From Candidatus Moraniibacteriota bacterium (GTDB lineage Bacteria > Patescibacteriota > Minisyncoccia > Moranbacterales > UBA2206): 64,000 nt of DNA. Positions 46,689 through 56,636 of this stretch are shown here, piece by piece (within the stretch, counting starts at the first letter, position 1; every line of letters begins with the position of its first letter). The notes under the pieces were generated by a model, which was given only the letters and a program-made list of their open reading frames with translations, was not told the origin of the DNA and did not search any database. The DNA is taken from NCBI GenBank assembly GCA_030645735.1, contig JAUSNP010000003.1:103411-167410 (forward strand), in the 5' to 3' direction. The position numbers and the translations under genes are program-made.

Positions 46689-46762
46689 TGGGTCTGTGCA
46701 GACTCGAACTGCATACCTCTACAATGTCAATGTAGCGCTCTAACCAAGTGAGCTACAAACCC
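46689..46762 (-). tRNA. tRNA-Val (anticodon GAC)
   Basis: GGGTTTG acceptor, anticodon loop TTGACAT, T-arm TGCAGTTCGAGTCTGCA. No CCA encoded. Confidence 0.85.
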
Positions 46763-46852
46763 TTTGTTGCAGCGACCTACTAATCTTAATTAAAAAAGGC
46801 CGTTGAGTCAAACAAAAACTGCTATGGCTAGCAGTTTTTGTTTATATAGGTT

Positions 46853-48823
46853 CTATTGTATATTTTTGACTGACACAGGCTCAGTTGCTGGTTCTGCTTC
46901 TGGTGCAGTGGCCCCATCTTTTTCTTCAGCTGGAGCATTTTCGGCTTCCGGTTTGATGATAGGCTCTGGCTGATCCATATCAGGTTTGACCGGTGCGGAT
47001 TCTCGGGGTTTGATACCCATGATTTCATTGAATTCTGCTTGTTCCATGTTTTCCTTTTCCATCAAGGCTATCACAATTTTTTCCAATTGCTCTTTTTTCT
47101 CAGTCAAAACTTTTTCGGCCACTATATAGGCATCAGCGATAAATTTCGTCACTTGCTTGTCGATATCATCGGCAGTGTTTTCAGAATAGTTCTTTTCCTC
47201 ATGCATTTCTTTGCCCAAGAAAACCAACTCTTCTTTGTGGCCAAAAGTGCGTGGCCCAAGTTCACTCATGCCATATCGAGTCACAAGATTTCTGGCCATG
47301 GCAGTGGCACGCTCCAAATCGTTGGAAGCACCAGTCGTCACATCACCAAAAGCCAATTTTTCACTGACATAACCTCCCAACAAAACAGAAAGCTCATCAA
47401 TAAAATAGGCGCGGGACAACAATCGCTTGTCTTTAGATGGCGCGCTCAAAGTGTATCCACCCGCATGACCGCGTGAGATGATAGAAATCTTTTGAATTGG
47501 ATCAGCGTTTGGCAAAACTGCTCCAATCAAAGCATGTCCAGCTTCATGGTAGGCAATGATTTTCTTTTCTTCGGCATCAATGATGCGACTCTTGCGAGCT
47601 GGTCCAAGAATCACTTTTTCAATTGCCTCAGTCAATTCTTCCATGCTGATTTCTTTCTTGCTTCTACGGGCTGTCAAAATTGCGGCTTCATTCAAAAGGT
47701 TAGCTAGGTCAGCGCCAGAGAAACCAGAAGTTCGCTCAGCGATGGCACGCAAATCGATATCAGCTCCAAGAGGTTTGTTTTTGGAATGAATTTTCAATAT
47801 CAAAGCTCGTTCTTCAATGTCAGGTAAATCCATAGTCACGCGTCGGTCAAAGCGACCTGGTCGCAACAATGCTGGATCAAGTACGTCTGGTCGATTGGTA
47901 GCCGCAATCACAATCACATTGGTGTTGGTGTCGAAACCATCCATCTCAACTAAGATTTGATTCAAAGTTTGTTCACGTTCATCATGTCCACCACCAAGCC
48001 CTGCTCCACGGTGTCGACCAACTGCATCGATTTCATCAATGAAAACAATAGCTGGTGCGCTTTTCTTGGCTTGCTTGAATAGATCACGCACACGAGAGGC
48101 TCCAACTCCGACAAACATTTCCACAAACTCAGATCCAGAGATATTGAAGAATGGCACATTAGCTTCGCCAGCAACAGCCTTAGCAATCAAAGTCTTGCCA
48201 GTTCCAGGAGGCCCAAGCAAGAGCACGCCCTTGGGAATTTTGGCGCCGAGTTTCAAGAATTTGTTGGGGTGTTTCAAGAATTCCACGATTTCAGACAATT
48301 CTTCCTTAGACTCCTTAGCTCCTGCAATATCTTTGAAAGTGATGCGAAATCTTTTGTCCTTTGGATCAGTCACTCGCGCGCGAGAAGAACCAAATGACAT
48401 TGCTTGATTGTTTCCCTTTTGCGCTTGCTTCAACATGAACCAGACAAAACCAGCAATCAACAAGAACGGCAACAGAAATGGCAAGACGGTGCTCAGCCAA
48501 AAACTGGAAGACGCATTATCTTTGATGATGATGTTTACTGCTTTGAGTTTTTCAGTGTCAACATTATAATTTTTTAGAGACTCAGTTAGGCCTGCCTCAG
48601 CCTCCTTGTTAGCCTTTTCTGTTTTGTTGTCATTCATGATAATGGCCAGACTATCCGCATCTACGGTGATTTCTTTGACTTTGCCATCATTGATTTGCGA
48701 AACCAAGGTGCTCAAAGAAACATCCTCGGGTTTCTCAGCTGGCTTGTTATATAGGATAAATAAGCCTGCAATAAGCAAAAAAGTTAGAACCAACAGGCTG
48801 ATATTCTTGGTTAGATTCTTCAT
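46853..48823 (-). CDS. ftsH: ATP-dependent zinc metalloprotease FtsH
   Basis: N-terminal 2 TM, AAA+ module ([19 protein letters not shown]; IVFIDEIDA), HEAGHAL zinc motif, acidic C-terminal tail. Confidence 0.9.
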   Translation of the reverse strand: MKNLTKNISLLVLTFLLIAGLFILYNKPAEKPEDVSLSTLVSQINDGKVKEITVDADSLAIIMNDNKTEKANKEAEAGLTESLKNYNVDTEKLKAVNIIIKDNASSSFWLSTVLPFLLPFLLIAGFVWFMLKQAQKGNNQAMSFGSSRARVTDPKDKRFRITFKDIAGAKESKEELSEIVEFLKHPNKFLKLGAKIPKGVLLLGPPGTGKTLIAKAVAGEANVPFFNISGSEFVEMFVGVGASRVRDLFKQAKKSAPAIVFIDEIDAVGRHRGAGLGGGHDEREQTLNQILVEMDGFDTNTNVIVIAATNRPDVLDPALLRPGRFDRRVTMDLPDIEERALILKIHSKNKPLGADIDLRAIAERTSGFSGADLANLLNEAAILTARRSKKEISMEELTEAIEKVILGPARKSRIIDAEEKKIIAYHEAGHALIGAVLPNADPIQKISIISRGHAGGYTLSAPSKDKRLLSRAYFIDELSVLLGGYVSEKLAFGDVTTGASNDLERATAMARNLVTRYGMSELGPRTFGHKEELVFLGKEMHEEKNYSENTADDIDKQVTKFIADAYIVAEKVLTEKKEQLEKIVIALMEKENMEQAEFNEIMGIKPRESAPVKPDMDQPEPIIKPEAENAPAEEKDGATAPEAEPATEPVSVKNIQ

Positions 48824-48843
48824 TATATTATTATATTTTAAAA

Positions 48844-49803
48844 TTAATTATAACTAATAGTAACTTTATCACCTTTTCGCGTCATTTTCAATCCTTGGAG
48901 GGAAAAGGTCTGATTTTTGCCCTTAGTGCTTTTCAAAGCCTTCAAAATCTCTTCAATATGGGACAATTCAATATTTTGCGTATCCAACTTTTTTTCAGCA
49001 ATCGCTTGGAGCAATACCCTCCTCTGAATAGCCGGATGTAGGGCTAGTAATTTGGAAACTGAAAGATCTTTATTTTTTTGATAAACTTTTTTAGCCACTT
49101 CATTAATATAATCATAATCTTGCGCAATCGAAACAGTTGCATCAAAAATAGTTTTGCGAATACTTGGATTATAATTTTTTTCTAGTTGCGGAATAAGTTT
49201 GTTTCTGATTTTATTTCGCAAAAATAAACTTCCCGCATTCGTCTTATCCGTCCTATAAGTCAGATTCCCATTGCGTAAAAACTCTAAAATTTCTTTCCTG
49301 GAAATTCCCAACAATGGTCGAATGATTTTTCCATTGCTGAATTTTATCGCCGACAATCCTTGCAATCCGGCTCCACGCAGAATGCGCATCAAGAATGTTT
49401 CCACTTGATCGTCACTGTTGTGTGCCACTGCAATCAAATCGATTTTTTTTTCTGTTCGAATTTTCTCAAAAAAGTTGTAGCGAATTTCACGCAATGAATT
49501 TTCTGAAACTTTGAGAGTGTTTTCTTTGGCAACTTGCAAAACTTCGATTGCAATATTATTTTTCACAGCAAGGGCGCGCACAAACTTTTCATCCGCCTCA
49601 CTATCTTTCCCGCGCAAACCATAGTTAACATGGGCTACGATCAATTCTAGCGGATATTTTTTTTGCAATTGCAGAAAGACATGCAGTAAACAAATTGAAT
49701 CTGGTCCACCCGAAACACCCAAAATAATCTTGGAATTTTTCTTCCACAGATTTTGTTGATGTGCCGTGTCTTGAATTTTTTTAACTAGATTTTTCATTTG
49801 CAT
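48844..49803 (-). CDS. tilS: tRNA(Ile)-lysidine synthetase
   Basis: PP-loop SGGPDS (ILGVSGGPDSICLL). Canonical position upstream of ftsH. Confidence 0.8.
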   Translation of the reverse strand: MQMKNLVKKIQDTAHQQNLWKKNSKIILGVSGGPDSICLLHVFLQLQKKYPLELIVAHVNYGLRGKDSEADEKFVRALAVKNNIAIEVLQVAKENTLKVSENSLREIRYNFFEKIRTEKKIDLIAVAHNSDDQVETFLMRILRGAGLQGLSAIKFSNGKIIRPLLGISRKEILEFLRNGNLTYRTDKTNAGSLFLRNKIRNKLIPQLEKNYNPSIRKTIFDATVSIAQDYDYINEVAKKVYQKNKDLSVSKLLALHPAIQRRVLLQAIAEKKLDTQNIELSHIEEILKALKSTKGKNQTFSLQGLKMTRKGDKVTISYN

Positions 49804-50359
49804 AAATAAACTCTACGATTTTTTCAAAAACTTCCTGGATAGTTAGGTTAGTCGTATTCACAACTAAATCATAATTAGAAACTTCATCTTGGCGAATGCC
49901 ATAGAAAGAAAAATAGCGCTCACTATCCTCTGCTCTTCTTTTCAAAATACTTTGCTCAATGTTTTCTACGCAGTCAAGTGTTGCATCCTCGTTGCCACGA
50001 TTGTTTTTTTCACTCAAGTTTTTGAAAATTCGCTCAGCGGCAATTTTGGAATCAACCTGCAAATAAATTTTGATGGACTGTGGAATGAAGTGCCAAGCTG
50101 TGCGACTTTCAATAACAAAACTTGAATTTTTTTCTGGTAAGGCAGTGACATAATCATCTACTTTGCGGTCGATGCTGGGGTCTTGATCGCAAACCTTGCG
50201 AAACTCTGGCAGAGTCATCCCCTTCTCAGCAGCCATATCACGAAAAATTTGTCCCATATAGAAACGTGGAATGTTGAGTTTTTCAGCTAGCATCGTGGCA
50301 ATGGTGCTTTTACCTGAGCCTTCTTGGCCATTGAGGGAGATTATAATGTCTTTGCTCAT
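49781..50359 (-). CDS. cmk: Cytidylate kinase
   Basis: IISLNGQEGSGKSTIATMLAEKL P-loop. Adjacent to rpsA, the conserved cmk-rpsA pair. Confidence 0.8.
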   Translation of the reverse strand: MSKDIIISLNGQEGSGKSTIATMLAEKLNIPRFYMGQIFRDMAAEKGMTLPEFRKVCDQDPSIDRKVDDYVTALPEKNSSFVIESRTAWHFIPQSIKIYLQVDSKIAAERIFKNLSEKNNRGNEDATLDCVENIEQSILKRRAEDSERYFSFYGIRQDEVSNYDLVVNTTNLTIQEVFEKIVEFIYANEKSS

Positions 50360-50464
50360 ATATTTTTATAAATTTGAGATTATACTATTATAGTAGCATT
50401 AAAACAAATAATCAATAAACAAAAAAGCTCCATTGCTGGAGCTCCTTTGTTTATCAAAGGGATA

Positions 50465-51730
50465 TTATTCCTCGATTTTTTCTTCAGTCTTCTCTTTCTT
50501 CTCTTTTTTGGCTTTCTTTTCCTTCTTTTCTACCAAAGAAAGTCCCATACGATGCTCCTTTGGTTCAATAGAAAGGATTTTCCAATCATATTTGTCGCCA
50601 ACTTTGATGATTTCATCGATATTCTTGCCTGGGAACATTTCTGACATTTCGCTAACATGCGCTAGGCCATGGATGTCTCGGTCAAGATAAACAAAAGCTC
50701 CAAATGGATTGATTCTATTTACTGTTCCTTCTACTACATCACCGATGTTGTATTTCTCAGTTACAATGCTCCAAGGATCTTTCTGCAAAGCTCGAATTGA
50801 AAGAGAAATCTTGTCATTATCAATCCCAATAATCTTAGCTTGAACTTTGTCTCCAACTTTCGCGATATCGCGTGGGTTTTCGATCAATTGCCAAGCCAAT
50901 TCAGAGATGTGAACCAAGCCTTCCAGTCTTTCTTCCTCAGATCCTTCAGTTTTGTCTGATTTTGGTTGAGTGAATTTAACAAACACACCAAAGTCCACCA
51001 CACCACTGATTTCTCCATCCACTACATCTCCAACCTTCAAGTTTGAGATTGTTTCGCGGTCTTTCTCGCTTTGTGCCGCTTTTTCGCTGACAATAAGCTT
51101 TTCTGACTCACGATCCGCATCTAGGATGCGAACATCCAATTCTTGGCCAACCAATTTCTTGAGTAGAGTGAGGATTTTGTTCTTGTCACCATCGTCAACG
51201 CGTGGATAGTTCTTGCTGGAAAGTTGTGAAACTGGCAAAAAGCCGGAAATTCCATTAACTTCAACCAAAAGACCTCCCTTGTTAGCACTAAGAACCTTGG
51301 TTCCGATCTTCTCTTGAGTATCTCGTTTGCTTTCGATGTCTTCCCAAGCCTTTTCGTAGGAAGCTTCACGCACAGAAAGTTCGATATATCCATCTTCGTT
51401 CTCCAAGTCCATGATAGTAGCAGAAACTCGGTCGCCTTCCTTCAACTTGCCAGAACCCATACCGTCTTTGATTTCTCGTCCTAAGACGATTCCAGTTCCA
51501 AATGGGTCAATGTCTAGATAAATGGCATTAGAGCCAACTTCGATGACTGTTCCCTCCACAACATCACTTACTTTGGGGAACTTCACATCTTCTGAGGCTA
51601 GAAGTTGTTCCATAACTGACATTTCTGCAGCTTCAGGTTCAACAGTGGCAGTTTTTTTGCTTGTTTTGGCTGGTTTTGAGGTTTTGATTTTATCAACCTC
51701 AGTAGCCAACCGGTCTAAAATATCGGTCAT
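50465..51730 (-). CDS. rpsA: 30S ribosomal protein S1 (four S1 domains, Lys/Glu-rich tail)
   Basis: Repeated S1-domain blocks (G.V.G.V..I..FGAFV...GLVHISE). cmk-rpsA synteny. Confidence 0.85.
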   Translation of the reverse strand: MTDILDRLATEVDKIKTSKPAKTSKKTATVEPEAAEMSVMEQLLASEDVKFPKVSDVVEGTVIEVGSNAIYLDIDPFGTGIVLGREIKDGMGSGKLKEGDRVSATIMDLENEDGYIELSVREASYEKAWEDIESKRDTQEKIGTKVLSANKGGLLVEVNGISGFLPVSQLSSKNYPRVDDGDKNKILTLLKKLVGQELDVRILDADRESEKLIVSEKAAQSEKDRETISNLKVGDVVDGEISGVVDFGVFVKFTQPKSDKTEGSEEERLEGLVHISELAWQLIENPRDIAKVGDKVQAKIIGIDNDKISLSIRALQKDPWSIVTEKYNIGDVVEGTVNRINPFGAFVYLDRDIHGLAHVSEMSEMFPGKNIDEIIKVGDKYDWKILSIEPKEHRMGLSLVEKKEKKAKKEKKEKTEEKIEE

Positions 51731-52035
51731 ATACTTATTTTGTAGAAAATGGCTTATTTAAAGCTATTTTCTGAGCGACTGGTATAACATCGCATTAATA
51801 TTTAAATATACCCTTGCTTTGGCTCAGAAAAACAAAAAATTTCCCTGAAAAAGGAAACTATTAAGAATTCAGATTAGAGATTAAAGCATCTCTATATTCA
51901 ATTTTTCTTAATAATTAACTATAAAGCAAGCTTACACTAAGTTAACGGATTTGGCAAGTGCTTTGGTTTTTTATCTCGACAGTGGGTTTTTTGTGTGATA
52001 AAATACCTTTGTAACTATAAAGTATAAAATTTCCT

Positions 52036-52689
52036 ATGAATATTCAATATTATGGTCATTCTTGTTTTAAAATAACCACCAAGCCGGCTGGCCGAGGTCA
52101 AGAAGATGTAAATGCCTTCATTGATCCATTCGACAAAACTATTGGTTTGCGTCCACCACAAGGACAGGCTGACTTGGTCTTAGTCACTCACAACCATTCA
52201 GATCATAACAACGTTAGCGCGTTAAAAGGAGAGCCATCTATAATTGATATCCCTGGTGAATACTCTGTCAAAGGCATCAATGTGGTTGGTTTTCAATCTG
52301 AACATGGGCCAACAAAAAATCCAACACCTAATACTATCTTTATTATTGAATCAGAAGATATCAAAATTTGTCACTTAGGTGATTTGGGCACTGATTTAAC
52401 TGAAAAACAACTGAGCGAGATTGATGGTGTAGATATTTTGATGATCCCAGTTGGTGGAAACTTTACGATTGATGCTAAGAAAGCGATTGACATTGTAAGA
52501 AAGTTGGAACCTAAGATTGTAATCCCAATGCACTACAAAATGAATGGAACCACCTCTGACATCGCCGATGAAAAACAATTCTGCAACGAAATTGGCAATT
52601 GTTCAGAGAATAAGGTTTCTAAACTAAACATAAAGAAGAAGGATTTGGAAGAAAAGAACATGGAAGTTGTAGTTATGGGCATAGAATAA
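52036..52689 (+). CDS. MBL-fold metallo-hydrolase
   Basis: LVLVTHNHSDHNN (HxHxDH) motif. 217 aa. Confidence 0.7.
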   Translation: MNIQYYGHSCFKITTKPAGRGQEDVNAFIDPFDKTIGLRPPQGQADLVLVTHNHSDHNNVSALKGEPSIIDIPGEYSVKGINVVGFQSEHGPTKNPTPNTIFIIESEDIKICHLGDLGTDLTEKQLSEIDGVDILMIPVGGNFTIDAKKAIDIVRKLEPKIVIPMHYKMNGTTSDIADEKQFCNEIGNCSENKVSKLNIKKKDLEEKNMEVVVMGIE

Positions 52690-52713
52690 CACATCGCCTA
52701 ATATAAACTGATA

Positions 52714-53004
52714 ATGAGTATTGCTGATAAAATAGAACAAATTCGCCAGAAGCCAGAACATATTCGCTTGCGATATGTTTGGTTTTTTGTTTTTGTGAGT
52801 ATGTTTTTAGTTCTGACTGTATGGTATTTTTCTACAAAGACGCAGATGATGCAATTTAATGGCGCTGCTAATGACGCGATTATAACAGAGGATTTGGGTT
52901 CAGCAATTAGCGAGTTTAGCCAACAAGGCGAATCAATTAAAGACGCTGTGAGCAAAACAAAGAGTTCTTTGATGAATGACCAAGTCAACAATAGTCAAAA
53001 ATAA
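52714..53004 (+). CDS. Small single-TM hypothetical protein
   Basis: 96-aa ORF with one hydrophobic helix (VWFFVFVSMFLVLTVWYF). Confidence 0.4.
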   Translation: MSIADKIEQIRQKPEHIRLRYVWFFVFVSMFLVLTVWYFSTKTQMMQFNGAANDAIITEDLGSAISEFSQQGESIKDAVSKTKSSLMNDQVNNSQK

Positions 53005-53025
53005 TTTTTTTTATAGACTCTGCTA

Positions 53026-53057
53026 GTAATTTCATAATCAATTGATTATGAAATTAC
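53026..53057. promoter_or_regulatory. 32-bp perfect palindrome GTAATTTCATAATCAA|TTGATTATGAAATTAC upstream of gyrA
   Basis: Exact dyad symmetry centred on CAATTG, about 100 nt upstream of the gyrA start. Confidence 0.5.
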
Positions 53058-53159
53058 AATCAGGTTCTAAATACAAATTTAATAAATAAATTTCAGCTTT
53101 GTTTTTAACTCCCCGTCTTTAGCGGTGGAGTTGATTACGGAGAAGATTCAATAATCACA

Positions 53160-55592
53160 ATGGAAATTGGAAATATTCATGCACGAGAAATAACCAAGGA
53201 AATGTCACAGTCCTATTTGGACTATGCGATGAGTGTCATTGTTTCACGTGCTTTGCCAGACGTGCGCGATGGATTAAAGCCGGTGCACAGAAGAATTTTA
53301 TATTCCATGTGGAACACTGGTTTGCGTTCAACTGCTAAATTCCGAAAATCAGCGACAGTTGTCGGAGAGGTTTTAGGAAAGTATCATCCACATGGCGATG
53401 TGGCTGTGTATGATTCCATGGTGCGTATGGCACAAGACTTTTCATTGCGTTATCCAATGGTGCGAGGCCAAGGAAACTTTGGTTCAATGGATGGTGACAG
53501 TGCGGCTGCCTATCGTTATACTGAAGCCAAGCTTTCCGCGATGGCCGAAGAAATGTTGAGCGACATTGAAAAAAATACTGTGGACTTTGTGCCAAACTTC
53601 GATGGTCAGCACAAAGAGCCCACCGTTTTACCGGCTAATCTGCCTCAACTCCTTTTGAATGGTTCAATGGGAATCGCAGTTGGAATGGCGACGAATGTGC
53701 CACCACACAATCTTTCTGAATTGATTGACGGAATTTCTCATTTGATTGATCATCCCAATGCTACAATTGAAGACCTGACCCAATTTATCCAAGGACCTGA
53801 TTTTCCAACAGGCGGAATCATTTATAACAAAAAAGACATCATCGAAGCTTATAAAACTGGGCGGGGCAAAATTTTGACTCGTGCCAAAGCGGACATTCTA
53901 GAGACCAAGGCTGGAGCTTTCCAAATCGTCATCACTGAAATGACTTATGCCACCAACAAAGCCACAATGATTGAAAAGATGGCTGACTTGGTGCATGAAG
54001 GCAAGATTGTGGGTATCAAAGACATTCGCGATGAATCCGACAAAGATGGTGTCCGTCTCGTGATTGATTTGAAAAAAGATGCCTATCCACAAAAGGTTTT
54101 GAACAAGCTTTTCTCTTTGACTGACTTGCAAAAGAATTTCAATGTGAACATGTTGGCACTGGTAGATGGAATTGAACCAACCGTATTAAACTTGAAAGCT
54201 ATTTTGGAATACTATATCGCCCATCGAAAGATTGTTATCACTCGCAAAACTCAATTTGAATTGGATCGCGCCAAGGAAAGAGCGCATATCTTGGAAGGTT
54301 TGAAAATTGCTTTGGATCACATTGATGCCGTCATCAAAACTATTCGAGAATCTCAAACCAAAGAAATCGCTCATGCCAATTTGATGAAGAAATTCAAATT
54401 GTCTGATCGACAAACTACTGCCATCTTGGAGATGCGCTTGCAAACACTGGCTGGTTTGGAAAGAAAGAAAATTGAAGATGAATTGAAAGAAAAATTGGCG
54501 CTCATCAAAGAATTGGAAGCTATTTTGAAGAGTGTGGTGAAAATTTTGGCGATTGTGAAGGACGAATTGTTGCGGGTGAAAGAAAAATTTGGTGATGAGC
54601 GACGAACTAAGGTGGTGAAATCGGGTGTGGGTGAATTCAAACAAGAAGATTTGATTCCCAATGAAGAAGCCATCATCACGATCACTGAACAAGGTTACAT
54701 CAAACGCATGGATCCAACCGTATACAAAGTGCAAAAGCGCGGCGGCAAGGGTGTGATTGGTGCAGTGACCAAAGAAGAAGACGGAATCAAGAAAGTTTTG
54801 GCAGTTATGACGCATGATGATCTTCTCTTCTTCACTGATAGTGGAAAAGTTTTCCAAACCAAGGCTTATGAAATTCCCCCATCCTCTCGCATTGCCAAAG
54901 GTCAATCAGTGGTGAATTTCTTGCAACTTTCACAAGAAGAAACAGTGACTGCCATCATTCCTTTCAACAAAGAAGATGGTTTCAAATATTTCTTGATGAC
55001 CACTGAGATGGGAACGGTGAAGAAAACTCCAATGGAAGACTTTGACAATGTGCGTCGATCAGGTTTGATTGCTATCAATCTGACCAAGGGTGACACCTTG
55101 AAATGGGTTGAAGCCACTACTGGTGAAGATGAAATCACTGTCACCACTTCCAAAGGTCAAGCCATTCGCTTCAAAGAAAAAGATGTGCGCCCAATGGGAA
55201 GAAGTGCGACAGGTGTGCGTGGCATCAAATTGAGAAAAGATGACAAAGTGGTTGGTATGGACGCCGTGTTCAAGAATCAGAAAGGCAATCAATTGCTAAT
55301 TATCACTGAGAATGGTTATGGCAAACGTTCAGACTTGAAAGCCTACAAGATTCAGAAACGTGGTGGCTCTGGTATCAAGACAGCCAATGTTACTAGTAAA
55401 ACTGGATCAGTAGTAGGTGCCAACATCGTGAATGTGGACGAAATGGAAGAAGATTTGATCTTGAGTTCTGAAAAAGGTCAGATCATCCGAATTCCATTGA
55501 ACAGTGTCCCCGTTCTCGGACGAGCCACTCAAGGAGTTCGCGTCATGCGTCCATCCACCGGTGACAAAGTTTCTGCAACAACTGTGCTATAA
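53160..55592 (+). CDS. gyrA: DNA gyrase subunit A
   Basis: [28 protein letters not shown]-terminus with active-site Tyr region. GyrA-box QKRGGKGV in the C-terminal beta-pinwheel. Confidence 0.9.
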   Translation: MEIGNIHAREITKEMSQSYLDYAMSVIVSRALPDVRDGLKPVHRRILYSMWNTGLRSTAKFRKSATVVGEVLGKYHPHGDVAVYDSMVRMAQDFSLRYPMVRGQGNFGSMDGDSAAAYRYTEAKLSAMAEEMLSDIEKNTVDFVPNFDGQHKEPTVLPANLPQLLLNGSMGIAVGMATNVPPHNLSELIDGISHLIDHPNATIEDLTQFIQGPDFPTGGIIYNKKDIIEAYKTGRGKILTRAKADILETKAGAFQIVITEMTYATNKATMIEKMADLVHEGKIVGIKDIRDESDKDGVRLVIDLKKDAYPQKVLNKLFSLTDLQKNFNVNMLALVDGIEPTVLNLKAILEYYIAHRKIVITRKTQFELDRAKERAHILEGLKIALDHIDAVIKTIRESQTKEIAHANLMKKFKLSDRQTTAILEMRLQTLAGLERKKIEDELKEKLALIKELEAILKSVVKILAIVKDELLRVKEKFGDERRTKVVKSGVGEFKQEDLIPNEEAIITITEQGYIKRMDPTVYKVQKRGGKGVIGAVTKEEDGIKKVLAVMTHDDLLFFTDSGKVFQTKAYEIPPSSRIAKGQSVVNFLQLSQEETVTAIIPFNKEDGFKYFLMTTEMGTVKKTPMEDFDNVRRSGLIAINLTKGDTLKWVEATTGEDEITVTTSKGQAIRFKEKDVRPMGRSATGVRGIKLRKDDKVVGMDAVFKNQKGNQLLIITENGYGKRSDLKAYKIQKRGGSGIKTANVTSKTGSVVGANIVNVDEMEEDLILSSEKGQIIRIPLNSVPVLGRATQGVRVMRPSTGDKVSATTVL

Positions 55593-55617
55593 GAAGATAA
55601 CTCAAACATATAAAAAA

Positions 55618-55645
55618 CCATCCCACTTGCTCGGGATGGTTTTTT
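55618..55645 (+). terminator. Rho-independent terminator after gyrA
   Basis: CCATCCC-acttgctc-GGGATGG followed by TTTTTT. Confidence 0.7.
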
Positions 55646-55743
55646 GATGCGGAACTCTTGACAAATCAATTTATTGTTGCTAGAATTTTTAGTTCTTTAA
55701 AGAGTTGTTGAAATAAACCCTAAAAACCATTGAGGAGCTGGCT

Positions 55744-56061
55744 ATGTGTAATCTGAATGAGATTTTTCACAAGACGCTCCATAATATACGGGGTGTGAGA
55801 AGGCATGGTCGATATCTTGTCATAGATATCGAGGACATGAGGTCTATTTTTAGTATCAAGGACCTGTGCTTCGTGGTTTTCTATGGCAAATCTGGGCGTG
55901 AAATTGGCGAGGGTATAATCACTCTCAAAAATCTAAACGGCCGAGATGTTCTTACGGCTGGCCGATTTGCAAGAAATTGGCGGGTTAAAAGCGTTAGAAT
56001 TGCTCTTCTGGCCAAGGAAGAAACAAGAAGAATTTCAACAGATAAGTTGGCTGTAAAATGA
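55744..56061 (+). CDS. Hypothetical protein
   Basis: 105-aa ORF, no recognisable motif. Followed by the hairpin at 56062..56091. Confidence 0.4.
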   Translation: MCNLNEIFHKTLHNIRGVRRHGRYLVIDIEDMRSIFSIKDLCFVVFYGKSGREIGEGIITLKNLNGRDVLTAGRFARNWRVKSVRIALLAKEETRRISTDKLAVK

Positions 56062-56091
56062 AAAAGGGAGTGCGTACTGCGCCTCCCTTTT
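56062..56091. terminator. Bidirectional terminator-like hairpin between convergent genes
   Basis: AAAAGGGAG-N12-CTCCCTTTT. Confidence 0.4.
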
Positions 56092-56095
56092 AAAA

Positions 56096-56542
56096 TTATA
56101 GTTTTTCAAGCTCTCTTTTGAGTATCGCAAGTCTTTGAAGCTCTGTTTTGTATTTCTCTCTAGATGTATTATCTCGGTTTTCTGGTGTGAGTTCTCGCGG
56201 TTGAATATCTTCGTAGTCTAAAATTTCCTGGATTCTAACAAGTGCAGATATTTTTTTAATATCCCTTAGGGCAGGATCGGTCATGCGTCGTATACTCTGG
56301 GCGATTACCTCAAATTCTTCACGTGCAGCTTTCAATTTTTCAAAATTAGTTACAATATTTGCGATTGTTGGAGCACCAGTATTGATTATTTCTCCACCAG
56401 ATTTACTTATTCTAGCTGCCTCAGCCTTTCCGTCTTGTTTTGATTTTGAGTCCCGAAGATCTTCTTGTTTATGTAAAATTTCGAATTCTAAACCAGCGCC
56501 ATCACTGTATGTTGTTGGAATTTTTTCTGCTGGAAAACCCAT
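56096..56542 (-). CDS. Hypothetical protein
   Basis: 148-aa hydrophilic ORF. Confidence 0.45.
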   Translation of the reverse strand: MGFPAEKIPTTYSDGAGLEFEILHKQEDLRDSKSKQDGKAEAARISKSGGEIINTGAPTIANIVTNFEKLKAAREEFEVIAQSIRRMTDPALRDIKKISALVRIQEILDYEDIQPRELTPENRDNTSREKYKTELQRLAILKRELEKL

Positions 56543-56636
56543 AATATTAGTCTTTAGCGAATTATATAATCATTATAGCATATCTAAACGCAAAAATCAA
56601 GGACTAGCTATATTATAATATAAAATAATGATATTG

